64,000 bases of DNA from Chrysochromulina tobinii (Eukaryota), in NCBI GenBank assembly GCA_001275005.1, contig JWZX01003143.1:1-64000 (forward strand), given 5' to 3'. The position numbers were made by a program, and so were the translations under genes. Shown here piece after piece: positions 31,601 to 42,200 of this stretch (positions are counted from its first letter, which is position 1; the number at the start of each line of letters is the position of its first letter). The notes below the pieces were generated by a model that was given only the letters and a program-made list of their open reading frames with translations, was not told the origin of the DNA and searched no databases.

Positions 31601-33291
31601 GAATTCGAGGAGGGCGTCTGCATGTCGTAGGGGTCCATTGGCGAATGCAGACCATCGGGCGCCGACGAGCCTATGGTGGCGGTCGCGGACGCAGCCGAGG
31701 GCGTGGCCTCACACGCTGACAGCGCTCGAGACGGTGCTCCTGGCGACGGCGACACGGCGAGGCGAGATGGCAACGAGCCGCTAAGGGCAGGGCCTGCCTC
31801 TCCACCGTTCACGCCTTCTCCACCATTCACGACCGCTTTCGATGCGGCCATCGGCGAGTCGAGAAGGCGGCGTGGCATCAAGCCCCTGCCGTCCAGTTCC
31901 GTCCAAATGCCCGCGCTCTCTGTCGGAGGCGGCTCAGCCCCAGCCCCTGGCTCGGCCTGTGGATCGATTGGTGCGGCAGCCGCCGGTAGCAGCCATGCCA
32001 ACCACGGCGCGAGCGACGAGAACAGTAGCGGCGCCGGCGTCGGCGTCGACGTCGGCACGGTCGCAGAGACGCCGGCGACGGGGTGGGCACTTGCATGCAC
32101 GGTCGCAGAGACGCCGGCGCCGGGGTGGGCAATTGCATGCACGGTCGCAGAGACGCCGGCCGTCCCGCCCGTGGGTGGCCAAGCAAGGGCCAAGGGGGGC
32201 GGCGGGCCGGGCGAGGGCGGCGGAGCGCCATCCCGAGCGCCATGGAGCACTTGGAGCAGCGACGGCTGGAGGAAATCGGACCAGAAGCGTAGCAGCGATG
32301 GCAGCGCGCCTTCCTCCGGCTCCGGCGGTGGCGGTGGAATCTCCTCATCGGGAGATGGCGTGCGCGCTTTGGTCCAACGTGCAGACGGCGTCGCGTTCCA
32401 CTGGGGCGCGGGCGGCGGCGGCAGGGGCGGTTGACGCTCGGGTGTCGCAAGCAGGGCGGCGGCCACCACGGCGGCAGCAAAGGCCTCGGCGGCCCGTTGG
32501 TCGGACTTGTCACGGCGTGCGGCCTCAGCAGAGGCCGCCTGCGCTAGCTCCTCCTTCTTGGCTGCCACGGCTGCGTCGACCACGACCGTCGCCAGCTCTC
32601 GATCTCGATCTCGATCTCGCTCTCGAGGTTCGTCCATGGGCAACGGCGCGGAGGCCGGGGGCGCGAGCAGCGCGGGCTGCTGCTCTCGCAGCCGCCGCTC
32701 GGCCTGCTGCGTCGCATGGGCCGTACGCCGCCGCTCGGCATGTAGCCGCGCAGCCCGCCGCCGGCAAAGACCTTGGATGCGAGCAGCCGCCGACGGGGCA
32801 GCCCATTCGACAGGCGTCGTGACAGCGCACGCACGCTCGACGAGGTGCTGCAGCGCGGTCACCCAGTAGGTGAGCGAGCCGATACGCCGCTCCCGCTCGG
32901 AATGTAGCGAGCCAAGAGGCGAAGCTTGGAAGACCAGGTCGGGCTCTGAGTAGCGCTTCACGCGGAATTGACGCATGTCGAAGTTTTCGATGGTGACAGT
33001 GCGCATCGTGGCGATCGGCACGCGGAGGCCGGGGCCCTTGAGGCACCACATCCCGGTTTGGTCCTCCACGACCGCGCACTCCTTGGCTGCAAAGCAAGCT
33101 TTGGCGCCATCCCACACGAAGAGTTCGCCACGCACGAGGTTCACAAGGCCTCGGGTCTTCGCGGCCGTGCTCGCGCTCTGCTGATCCGACAAATTCTGCG
33201 CTGATGCTGCGCCCGTCCACGGGTCGTAGCGCAGCCGTGTGTCGGCGGTGGGCATCCTGTCACCGTGTTTTTTCCGCGCCGGCCGGTTCAT
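28633..33291 (-). CDS. Large scaffold protein: N-terminal PH-like domain, IQ motif, about 3 PDZ domains and a PH domain
   Basis: IQ: AARIQGLCRRRAAR. PDZ: FEFGPGPLGLGL..GVFISEVHAGGAGERQGVRVG, VTEGSEAARCGLPSG and SLGLV..EGGIALAAGALKKGMLIKAVNG. PH: CQGWLQHR..WRWCVL..SREAWRRAL. Confidence 0.75.
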   Translation of the reverse strand: MNRPARKKHGDRMPTADTRLRYDPWTGAASAQNLSDQQSASTAAKTRGLVNLVRGELFVWDGAKACFAAKECAVVEDQTGMWCLKGPGLRVPIATMRTVTIENFDMRQFRVKRYSEPDLVFQASPLGSLHSERERRIGSLTYWVTALQHLVERACAVTTPVEWAAPSAAARIQGLCRRRAARLHAERRRTAHATQQAERRLREQQPALLAPPASAPLPMDEPRERDRDRDRELATVVVDAAVAAKKEELAQAASAEAARRDKSDQRAAEAFAAAVVAAALLATPERQPPLPPPPAPQWNATPSARWTKARTPSPDEEIPPPPPEPEEGALPSLLRFWSDFLQPSLLQVLHGARDGAPPPSPGPPPPLALAWPPTGGTAGVSATVHAIAHPGAGVSATVHASAHPVAGVSATVPTSTPTPAPLLFSSLAPWLAWLLPAAAAPIDPQAEPGAGAEPPPTESAGIWTELDGRGLMPRRLLDSPMAASKAVVNGGEGVNGGEAGPALSGSLPSRLAVSPSPGAPSRALSACEATPSAASATATIGSSAPDGLHSPMDPYDMQTPSSNSFGKRLEQKSKPFWELKEERRRRGDTPPATTRSESQLPVMASAPAMLPASILYVPSESSAPAVAPARLPEASPTLATPPQLPPSVADAPPSTPTPATPPQLLRRLRFDTPAAPAAPSTAAPGANAPSTCPQLRAFEFVEARVGIKLHFTAATTDVHCLVTEGSEAARCGLPSGSLLVTVSGVAVEGLAPLEVQKLVQRQRPLIIEVIEPPANGHTDTPETALPTAPETAPEAALPTALETALSTAPETAPSTAAWLTSEPPVSLSETGDHGSAPSPELLRTAAHPEAIWKNELDHGDNGGTGPYASGEAVPAAEGPDEGGNQHAISMQSGEAVPAAEGPITPAAAPEAAPVAAMASAGVAVPGTSVPPTRFEFGPGPLGLGLSNAAGGGVFISEVHAGGAGERQGVRVGCLVLELAGVDVRHIAHHELFTRIGTLPRPLVLVTALEATSTFAPPLDFTPPLGLPGSALSTALSTTRLIQHITPPDTPPGLEATDATAEPAAVSALALQSRHVAIATGTPADKPAVVYRSHAPPETMAPTQLSSACAAPAPAKRRTRVRWVLGAFGRKSPSPSDYPSAVEPAAESGAQYDAPRLPGQGTSLSLAPSTTLGICAAALASPLHRPPPRLLLTPPPAHLGLVSCQGWLQHRLQASRWRGLLRAPLAEWRWCVLVADQLRGFGTLDELYNGEKPMVHFRLTNTEVLPPKAKKPLVLVIKSLRASAVFAAPSAHSREAWRRALEAASRTTPITTPTMTPVRSVSRDAARAAAPPPAPPPAPPPALGVPARPEPEAVALTAARPEPAVSAPVFEEVVLWKANQDDSLGLVCEWGHPQGGLVVGLAEGGIALAAGALKKGMLIKAVNGEPVGSASDAAAKLKAAFPEVKLLVFTPPAGAPELTDPFDDADGEWGEPLKPKRFSVFGKQRAKAPKTSRVEVAKDAHRQAERSPFKAVQPVPDSKHSPSKNNKNVAYAPPQKLFAVGAIAAIEPVRPAP
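30587..30687. repeat. 32-bp direct repeat flanking a (tgattgcatgc)n filler; 69-nt in-frame insert or GC-AG intron
   Basis: gggccttcggctgcgggaactgcttctcctga at 30587 and 30656, with ttgcatgctgattgcatgctgattgcctccttcatca between them. Confidence 0.85.
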
Positions 33292-33543
33292 ATGAATACG
33301 GAGGGCCTTTTCGTTAAGAATGGCCGAATCTGAGCTTCTAAAATTGTCCCACTAAATTAAGATTTTGGGGCGAAGTTCTAAGTTTCGCGGCCCCGCCTTG
33401 AAGCGATGGTCTTCGGCCTCGGCACGAGCGGCGGGAGCTTCCCTCCTGCCGACGCATTTCATAGAAAGCGGAGCAGCATCTCCGCCTGGTTCGCGTGGCT
33501 GGTTGCCGAGGCCAATCATGCGCCTGCAACCCGGCCAAGGGCG

Positions 33544-34618
33544 ATGACGAAGCGCCATCAAGGACCTCTGCTACCGAGCGTCGTCGCCGACGGCCCGCAT
33601 GAGTGCGCCCGGGATTTGGAGCCACCGCACGAGCGCACGCGATTCGCCGCCGCAGATCTCTTCCGCAAGTGCGACACAAGGCAGCGTGGTAAGCTCGAGC
33701 GCTACGAGTTCATTATCGCGATGGAGACGAGTACGCCGCCGCCGCCGCCCAACCCCACCCGCAGGAGGCCGTGCAGCGCGGCGCGCGCGCTTGTTTGCTC
33801 AGCCTCGCGTTGCTGGCGCCGTGCGCGGCCGCCCTTGCCCGCCTACGCACGCCTCCTTACCGTAGCCTGTACCCTGAGCGCCTGGCTGCTCCTTGGTTCC
33901 CCTCGCAGTGATGAAGGAGAGATTGGTCCATTACTTGATCAGCTGCCTGGACGATGCGCGCGTGGACGCCGAGCTGGCCGAGGCGGCCGCGTCGAAGGCC
34001 CACGTCGAATCCTGTGGTCTCGAGACATTCACGCGATGGTATGCCAGGTTCGACGTCTTTCTGCTCGAATTCTACCCCGAGATCATCCGGACGCCCCGGC
34101 GGCCGCTCTCTCCGGTCCTCGTCTCTCCGGGCGGCCGGACCTCACTGTTTGCGAGCCCGTACACGCCAAGTCCAGGCGGCGCGAGCGAGACCCGCGAATC
34201 GCGCCTCTTCGGCGGTGGGGTGCACAGGATCGGAAGTCGAGCCTCCCTCAGCGGTGGGCTGCGCATCATACAGAGCGGCCAGAGGCATAGCAGCCGCCCC
34301 TCCCCGTTCCAGCTGCCGGCCGGCTCTTCCGAAGGTGGCAGGGAGAGCTCCTGGCTGGCAGGACGGCCGTTCCGCAAGGAAAACACCTGGCTAGCTCGCG
34401 AGCTGATGGCGCCGCGCGTGCTGTCGGGCGGTCGCGAGCTGAATGGACGTCGCAGCGTGTTGATCAAGCCTGAGTCCTCGACGCGGAGCAGTCACAGGCG
34501 GGTACCAACGCCAGGCTCAAGACGTCAGAATCCGAGGTCCGCGGATTCGGACGCAAGATGGAGCTCCGTCTTTGCCGACAGCGTGAGCACGGACTTGTTG
34601 GCATCGTATGAGTGTTAG
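33544..34618 (+). CDS. EF-hand protein; two exons (33544-33730, 33909-34618)
   Basis: ADLFRKCDTRQRGKLERYEF EF-hand. GT-AG intron 33731-33908 (acga|gtacg...cctcgcag|tg) joins the frames of ORFs 33406 and 33893. Confidence 0.6.
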
Positions 34619-34844
34619 CGCGTGTCCTCGAGACGTTAGCACGTTACTCTTCAAGATCATAGCCTGTGCACACGTTCGCCGTTAGAGCTTAGACGGTAAT
34701 GCGATGTATCGTATTTGTATAGTATATCGACATAGGTGAAGTGTGCGTGCACACGGTGACGGTGTATTAATACGCATTGAATGACGGGTAATAACGGGTA
34801 ATGCTTTCGCGCGGCTTTTCCATACAGTTCACTACCTCCACGCT

Positions 34845-35824
34845 CTACACGACACGATCCCGTCGTTCGGGCTGGCGCCTCTCCAACGAGGCACGCAGTG
34901 CCGCCTGTTCAGAGCTCTCCGCCTTGCATGAGCGATCGAGGTAGCGAGCGATCGCCCAGCCCCAGGGGTTGAAGCAGTGTGGCCGGCCACCGAACTTGTC
35001 GCGCAGGCACGGATTGTCGCGCGTGGTCACGTTGTACCCGTGGTTTCGCACCTAGGATCCGAGAGGGAGCGCTTCGGAGGTCAGTCGAGGGAGCGCTGAA
35101 GGTCACAGTCGGAGACCGGACGAGAAAGGAAGCAGGTTTCGGGGCGGGAGGCGGGTTCCCACGGCGGGCGCACCACTTTAATCATACCCTGGGCCACCGC
35201 CTGTCTGATAGCATTGCGCGGCCCAGCATTCACACCGGCGGCAGTGGGCAGCGTGTCGTCGAGGAGCACGTGGGCATGGCACGCGGCCAACGGCTTGAAA
35301 TCACGGATGTCGTCGTAAGCACCGTCGCCGTGGTCGCCGTCGATGAGGATCACGTCGCACTGCCGGTGGTTGCTCTCGTTGGCAGCAAACTGCGGGAGTG
35401 TCCTGTGTGAGTCCCCCACGTACAGATTGAATCGTTCGCCAAAATAGAGCTTGAGCAGATCGAAGACATCGCGAGAATAGGGCTGGATGCCGAGGTCAAA
35501 CGAGTGCGTCACGAGATGCGGGTTGGCCAGAAGCATCGCCGCAGTGCCGTGGCCGCCATTGACGCCGGTCTCACAGTAGGTGCGCACGTCGTCGCGCTTC
35601 CACACGAGGCGCGAGTAGCTGTGGAGCTGCACCAATCGCATGTACCCATACGGCATTTGTGGCATTCCCCGGTCAGGGCGGTGCCGCAGGATGATGCGGT
35701 CGAGGAGGTTCCAAAGGACGTAGACGGAAGTCAGGTACTGGTCGTAAGTCTCCGGGTCGAAGCGATTTGCCGGCACGCGCACATTCTCCTTCAGCACAGG
35801 TGTGTGCTCGGTGGGGGCGAACAT
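34845..35824 (-). CDS. Class I SAM methyltransferase (Methyltransf_24-like); intron 35052-35173; start uncertain
   Basis: YCETGVNGGHG, HSFDL, GDSHRTLP, CDVILIDGDH, VLLDD. Splicing gtg|gtgcgc...cctag|gtgcga gives IKVVRNHGYN...NPCLR...WGWAIARY in frame. Confidence 0.7.
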
Positions 35825-36086
35825 GGTTTTGCTCCGGCCTTTGCGTTTCCCCGTGGGGGGGGGACAGTATAGTTCCCCCTGTGGGGGGAGCAGCCCCTCC
35901 TCCTGGTTTTCTTCCCTGAGCCGCAAGCATCGTCGTGGCTTTGCATGTGTGTAAAACGCTAAAACGTGTGCACTGAGCATCCATTCAACCCTCTTGAGTC
36001 TTGTCTGGGACAAGCGGCGACGTAGAGCGTGTAGCGGCGCCCTTGTCCCTGCTCTCTGCCTCTTGCCCGCTCTCTCACGAGTCGTG

Positions 36087-38489
36087 TCATCGTCGGCCGC
36101 GGCCCCCTCCACCGCGACCCTTTCCTCCTCGTCCTTTGCCCTTGCCGCCCCCTTTGGCAGGCCCGAGCATGCCTCGCTCCATCCCTCGCCTGTCCTCTCC
36201 GCTGGACATGCTTGGTCGGCCGCCGCCACCGCTGCCACGCCCCTTGCCGCCTTTCCCTTTGCCGCCGCGGCCCTTGCCGCCTTTACCCTTTCCGCCTTTA
36301 CTGGCCGGCGACGTGGCTGCACTCGGCACGAAGCTCATCTCTCGAGCTCCAGTGACAAGTGCGCTGGAGGCGCGATCGCTCGCGGCGCTCGCGGCCCCGG
36401 CGGCGAGCCGCTCGCCGAAGCTTGCAGTCGCAGGCAGGGCGGACGCGGCCGCGCTGCCCACAGAGCCACGCAGAATGTCCTGCTGCAGCCCGATCATGCG
36501 CACGTCCCGCGGCGCGCCGCCGCGCCCGCTGCTGCCACCGGCGGCCCCACTGCCGCCTCCACCACCGTCGCTGCCGCCGCCGCCCCGAGCGCCACGAGCT
36601 TCATGCTTGGCCGGCTGTCGAGCGGCTGCCTTAGAGTGGCCGTCGCGGCCGCGCTTGCCGCCCACCTTTGCGCTGCTGCGCAGGGCACTGAGCTCGTCCT
36701 CCTCTTCTCCGTAGCCTTCCTCGTCCTCCTCCTGGTCCTCCTCTTGGTCCTCTTGGTCCTCCTGGTCCTCCTCCTCCTCACGTGCCTCGTCGTCGTCCTC
36801 GCCGTCCGCACTCTCCTCCGCCCGGGCCGCTTTGAGGCGCGAGGCGCGCGCGTCGTTGAGCTCCTTGGCGTGCGGATGAAGCGCCTGGTACTCCTCCGAG
36901 TCGCGGCTGATCGCAAAGTCGGGGTTGGTGAACAGGCTGGCGAAGCGCGAGTCGTCGAGCAGCGCGCCCTTGGGCACCTCGCTCTCGTCGCCCTTGGAAC
37001 CGAACGAACGCTTCTTGGCTGGCGCTCGCAAATCTTCGGCGAGCTCGGCGTTCACCTTGACCTTGGGTTTGAGGACAGGGGCGATGCGCCCGGCGGTCTT
37101 AGCGGCGAGCTTCTCCTCGAGCCGCTGCTTGCGCCACTGCTCGTACGCAAACGGCTGCGAGAGGCTCACCGCCTTGGCATGCAGCTTCGCATCGACGAAG
37201 AAGCCGTGCATGTACGGGCGGAGCGTCGTGGTGCCGAGGAGGGCGGCGAGGCCGAGCTTCTCTATCTCCTCTCGCGTGACGAACTTATAGTCGTCGTAGA
37301 GCCCCTGGCTCGTCGGCGCCTCCTCCATCTCCTCCGTGATATTGTCCAAAAAGTGACACCAACGCGGCGCGGGGCCGAGCGAGGGCACGAAATAGGCACC
37401 CAGCCGCTCCGTCTCGAGCGCCGCGAAGATCATGCCGCTGTCCGGGTAGAGAGCGACGTCGTTAACGTCCGCGGCGGGCTCGATGCTCGTGTACGTCTTG
37501 CCGCTCTCGCGCTCCCAGATCTTGATGCTCTTCGCGTCCGAAGAGACCACGTGCCCGGTCATCGAGTGGTACTTGATGTCTACGATCGGCAGCCCATACT
37601 GATGATCCTTGATGCGCAGCGGCGAGGCGCGGCGCAGGTCGTAGAGGGCCACGTGGCCAGTCGAGGTGCCCACGGCGAGCTGCAGCCCGCGCGCGTCGAA
37701 GCGCAGCGCCGTCACCTCGCGTGGTGCCGGCAGCAGCTCGCGCTCGCCCTCGGGCGCGCCCGGGTCGATCAACCCGTGCGTCGCGGCCGCCGCGCGCGCT
37801 ATCTCGGGCGCGTCAAAAGGCGAGCATGTGCCGAGCGGCAAGCGCTGGCGCGGGTCCCAGCACTGCACGTGCCCGTCCTGCGTGCCGACCACGAGCATGC
37901 CGTGCGTCGGGTTCACTGCGAGCACGTTGAGGCCCGAGGCTCCCGTCTGCAGCGGCGCAAGGAACGAGCCGCGCTCGAGGTTGAGCCGGTAGAGCTCGCC
38001 GCCGACGCCGCCGAGCAGCAGGTCGCACGTCTCGCGCTGGTAGGCCATCGCACGCCCGTGGTGCGGAATGCGTGTCACGTGGTGCTTGCCGAATTGCGAG
38101 TGGAACTCGATGCTGCGGTCGGCGAGCAGGAAGACGGCCTTCTTCCAGTCCGGCGAGAGCATTTGGAACTGCACAACGTCGGACTCGAAGTTCCGCGTGA
38201 ATTTGAGCGACAGCTCGCGCAGCTCGTACGCGCGCACCATCGGCGGATAGCCGCCCGTTGCCATCATCGTCGAGCCGTCGCGGCTTATCTTGACACGGCC
38301 TGAGGTTGTCGGGAAGAAGAGGTCCTGGATGATCTCGATGCGCTCGTCCTGCACACGGCCACGCCGCTTCTTGCTGTTGACCGACGCATTCTTGCGCCTC
38401 TCGGTGACCCACGCCGGCAGCGCCTTGCCCACCGACGACAGGTTGTAAACCTTGACGCCCGCGAGCTCGGAGGGAGGGGCGAGGGACAT
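36087..38489 (-). CDS. NOL10: Nucleolar protein 10 (Enp2), WD40 + NUC153 ribosome biogenesis factor
   Basis: GVKVYNLS, RIEIIQDLFFPTTS, ATGGYPP, LSLKFTR, DRSIEFH, LYRLNLERGSFL, PSLGPAPRWCHFLDNITEEMEE, YDDYKFVT, LRPYMHGFF, DSRFASLFTNPDFAI. Confidence 0.95.
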   Translation of the reverse strand: MSLAPPSELAGVKVYNLSSVGKALPAWVTERRKNASVNSKKRRGRVQDERIEIIQDLFFPTTSGRVKISRDGSTMMATGGYPPMVRAYELRELSLKFTRNFESDVVQFQMLSPDWKKAVFLLADRSIEFHSQFGKHHVTRIPHHGRAMAYQRETCDLLLGGVGGELYRLNLERGSFLAPLQTGASGLNVLAVNPTHGMLVVGTQDGHVQCWDPRQRLPLGTCSPFDAPEIARAAAATHGLIDPGAPEGERELLPAPREVTALRFDARGLQLAVGTSTGHVALYDLRRASPLRIKDHQYGLPIVDIKYHSMTGHVVSSDAKSIKIWERESGKTYTSIEPAADVNDVALYPDSGMIFAALETERLGAYFVPSLGPAPRWCHFLDNITEEMEEAPTSQGLYDDYKFVTREEIEKLGLAALLGTTTLRPYMHGFFVDAKLHAKAVSLSQPFAYEQWRKQRLEEKLAAKTAGRIAPVLKPKVKVNAELAEDLRAPAKKRSFGSKGDESEVPKGALLDDSRFASLFTNPDFAISRDSEEYQALHPHAKELNDARASRLKAARAEESADGEDDDEAREEEEDQEDQEDQEEDQEEDEEGYGEEEDELSALRSSAKVGGKRGRDGHSKAAARQPAKHEARGARGGGGSDGGGGGSGAAGGSSGRGGAPRDVRMIGLQQDILRGSVGSAAASALPATASFGERLAAGAASAASDRASSALVTGAREMSFVPSAATSPASKGGKGKGGKGRGGKGKGGKGRGSGGGGRPSMSSGEDRRGMERGMLGPAKGGGKGKGRGGKGRGGGGRGRR

Positions 38490-39252
38490 GATCGGACTGC
38501 CAGCGACGTCGTCGTGGATGATCGATGTGTGACGAAGCTCGTGCCCCGACTTTCACACTCGCATTCACACGATGGTGGGCTTTCGAAAGGAGAAGGACGC
38601 GTCGGCCAGTACAACTCAGAGGAAATAACAGCACGCAGCACCGCAGCAGCGGCGGGGTCGGCGCGTGAGTCGCGCGTAAGGGTTTAGGGCAAGGTTTACG
38701 GCAATTGGTTGACGGATGTCTCCATTTATGACGTGACACCTGTTCCCATGTGTGTTCGCCTCTTGTCGACGCCTTCAGCGTCGACGCTTTTGTTACCGCC
38801 GACTGCGGCGCCTACCGGAGACCCAAGTTTTTCTACATGGCCAATTGGCCATGTGTTTTCCTCGTGAACGTGATGGGGTGGGGCTGCGCGCGCGCGCCCC
38901 GCCGCCCCCCCCTGGCGCTGGGCCGCTGGCCCCGCTGCCGCCCTGCCGCCCCCGCCGTCGCCATACGCCACCGCACACGGACACGCGCCAAGAACGATAC
39001 AGATACACGCGCTCGCCCCCGCTCCGGCGCCAGGAGGCGTCAAACGCGGGAGGCGGGGCCGGGGGACGCGGCGCCTCTCCGCTCTCGGGCCGTGACCGGA
39101 GTGCGTGCGCCCGCGCGCCACTCGGCTGTCGGACTCGGTCGTTAACGTTTCGCGTCAATGCTTAATCGGGCGTTTGATACAACTCCGGCTACGTATATAA
39201 TATCCGATCCTATAGATTCTCGCCGCCAAGTTGTTTCCCCGCGTCTTACCAC

Positions 39253-42200
39253 CTAAAGTTCTTCATAGTCTACTGCCTGCCTTCTTGGTTGAATCAGCGC
39301 ACCAATGTGCGCGTGGCTTGTGCTCATCTCACCGTACTCGCCGTACGAGAATCGGCTCTTGCCTGAACTCTTGCGCGTGAGCTGGGTCAGCATCGCGTGC
39401 ATCTCGCTCATCTGCTCATTGAGCCGCCTCACGTCCACATGGATGCTCGACACCTCCTGCTTGATCGCATCACCCTCCTGTTGCCGCCTCTCCTGTTGCC
39501 GCCTCTCCTGTTGCCGCCTTCGCGTCTCCGGGGTTTCCACAGGGGTTTCCACAGGGGTTTCCAGCTCGCCGCCCGACCCGCGGCGCTCGCGCACAGGAGG
39601 CAGCACCTGCTCCACTAAGTTGCCCGCCTCATCGACGTCGCGCAGCTTGGAGCCTGTGATGGTGCGGAAGATGTGCCCGAGATCGGGCGGGAGATCCCCC
39701 TCCGGCCCCTCTGGCCCCTTTCCCGGCGACTTTGGCTGCCCAAATGCGGACGTGAGCATCTCGTAGGCCACCGACGCGCCGGTCTCCCGCACGCGCTGGG
39801 AGTCCGCATACGCTTTGAGAAGGACCACGGTGCGCTTGAGGGCGAGGCGCATGGCCGAGGCCTGCACAACGCGCTTCGAGGCTGGGTAGTCCGCCAGCAC
39901 GTCGTCTAGGTCCTCGCGCTGCAGACTGATGGTCTCAACGTACGTGAGCGCGGTCGCGGGGCGTGTGTCGCGCAGCACCTTGGCGGAAAGGATCATGTCG
40001 TCGCCCCAGGTGGAGCCCGAGCGCAAGAGATCGCCGCCACGCGCCGCGATGCCTCTCATCATGATTGTGAGGCTCGACGAGTTGATCCGCTCCTTGGGAG
40101 GGTAGCCAATGCGCGCCAGCCGCGCCGCGAGCTTCACGAGGCACTCGGACTCGACGCCATGAAGGAACCATACATGCGTGAATGTCGAGCGCGACATGTG
40201 CAGCATCATGGCTCCCTGTAGCCCGGGAGAGAGGCGAGAGACCAGCGAATCATACGAGAGCTTCTTGCGTAGCTCCCGTGTATTGCGCAGGTACGAGCGC
40301 GCCAAGACCCCGAGCTCGTGCGGGATTTTCATGTCGGCAATGAAATCGTTCAGGGCGTCCATCTGCTGACGAAATGCGATCGTGTGAGGGTCGCCCGTCG
40401 TCATCATCGCGCAGATGGTACCCACAACCATGGCCCAGATGATCGAGCCGATCAGAATGGCGAAACAGAACACGGCATACTCGGCCCGGTTCTCGGGCAC
40501 GATCGAGCCAACGCCACCCGTCATTGCGACCGTGCTCACGTACATGGCGGCGAGCCACACGTCTCCGTGGTAGTCGACGTTGCGCACCGAGCCCTCGTCA
40601 TTGTACCGGCAGATCCAGGTCTGCGCGTTGCGAATAGCATTGCGCTTCTTGATCACCTGCTCGAGGAACGGCTCGCTCCCGAGCTCCATCCTCGCGAGCA
40701 CATCCACCTCACACGACGTGAGGCACGACGTGAACTCGCAAAAGGCTTCATATCGCGTGTCGCCGCGCACGCAGCCGAAGCAATCACCTCCACCCTCATC
40801 CGCAGGCTCCCCCGCGAGCACGCGCGCCAGCACGCCCGCCGCGAGCGCGTCGGTGCGCTGGTCGTCCGCAAGCTGTGCGAGGAGGCCGAGCGAGCACGCG
40901 AGCCAGTGCGTCGTGAGCACGACGATCGAGATCCACTTGAAGAGCTCCCAGTACGCGTACGAGATTGGCACGACGCCCTCCCATCGCTTCAAGATGCGGC
41001 TCGCGCGCAGGATGCGCATGAGTTTGATCAGGCGCAACAGCCGGAGCATACGCACCATCTTCAGAAAGTCGAGGTTCGAACGGTCAAGAGTGTTCAACGA
41101 CCACTCGATCATCTCCTCGACCGGTAGGATGGAGAGCACGTCGATGACGAACCAGGAGCCCAAGTAGCGCCGCGCAATCATCACGTGTGACTTGACAAGG
41201 TACCTGGCGGGTAGGGTTCGGGTTCGGGTTACTACTAGACAAGGGTTAGGGTGGGGTTGACTTCGCAAGGTACCCGCTCTCGGGCATTCGGTACGGCACG
41301 AAGAAGTTGAGGACGATGTCGACACCGAAGAGCACGTTCACGACGGCGTTGAGCACCTGCAGCGGTGAGCCTGGCTCAACACCAGCCCACATGAAGCACA
41401 CCTGCAGTGGCAAGAAGTGTCACTCAGTGGCAAGAAGTGTCATTCAGTGGCAAGAAGTGGCATGCAGTGTCACTCGGTTGGCACTCTGTGTCACAGGGTG
41501 CCAATGAGGGGGCTTTGGGGGCATGGGTGACGTGTCACTCGGTGCCAATGAGGGGGCTTTGGGGGCATGGGTGGCGGCGTCGCTAACCTCATACGGCGTG
41601 ACGGTGGCCGTATAGAAGAGGAGACATAGCATGAGGACGTCCCAGAACTGCATCAGCCTCGTGTTGGGGATGAGCAGCAGACGATTCATATGGTAGAGAC
41701 GCGCGCGGAGTCGTCTCACCTCCTCACGGAAGCCCGACTCATCCACCTTGCGATCGACGAAGGCGTGCGGCTGCTCGCCCTCCCTGGCGGAGAGTTGCGC
41801 ATAGAACTCCATGAAATTTGTCGGCTCACGCCGCTGCGTGGAGTCCTCCGTCTTCACCTTGCGGAAGGTGATGGACGACTTCCGGATCGTGGATGGCGCC
41901 GTGAAGGAGCGTGCGAACCTATTGACGGCCGCGCGCCGTCCCGTGCCGTCTTCTTCTGGGAATACTCGAGCCAGCTTGTGTGCCCACTTCCAGCGAAAGA
42001 CTTTCCTGCGAGGCTCCTGCAGCGGAATCCTGGTCTGCACCACATACTGACTCTTGCCAGTCATCGATTGCGCATGATTGCGCAGGTCATCGACGTCGAA
42101 GGCGGCATGTCGATGCGAGTCCCGATTACTGGTGCGGTGCGAGTCCCGATTGCTGGTGGTATTTGACACTCTCGGACTGACCTGCACCGAGATCCGTGAG

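Noticed and set aside
35825..36322. Long N-terminus of the methyltransferase ORF overlapping the NOL10 3' end
   Set aside because: It is an alternative frame of the NOL10 Gly/Lys tail and UTR, with no family similarity.
35994..38303. 769-aa + strand ORF
   Set aside because: Antisense shadow of NOL10 caused by high GC codon bias; the same applies to most overlapping ORFs in the track.
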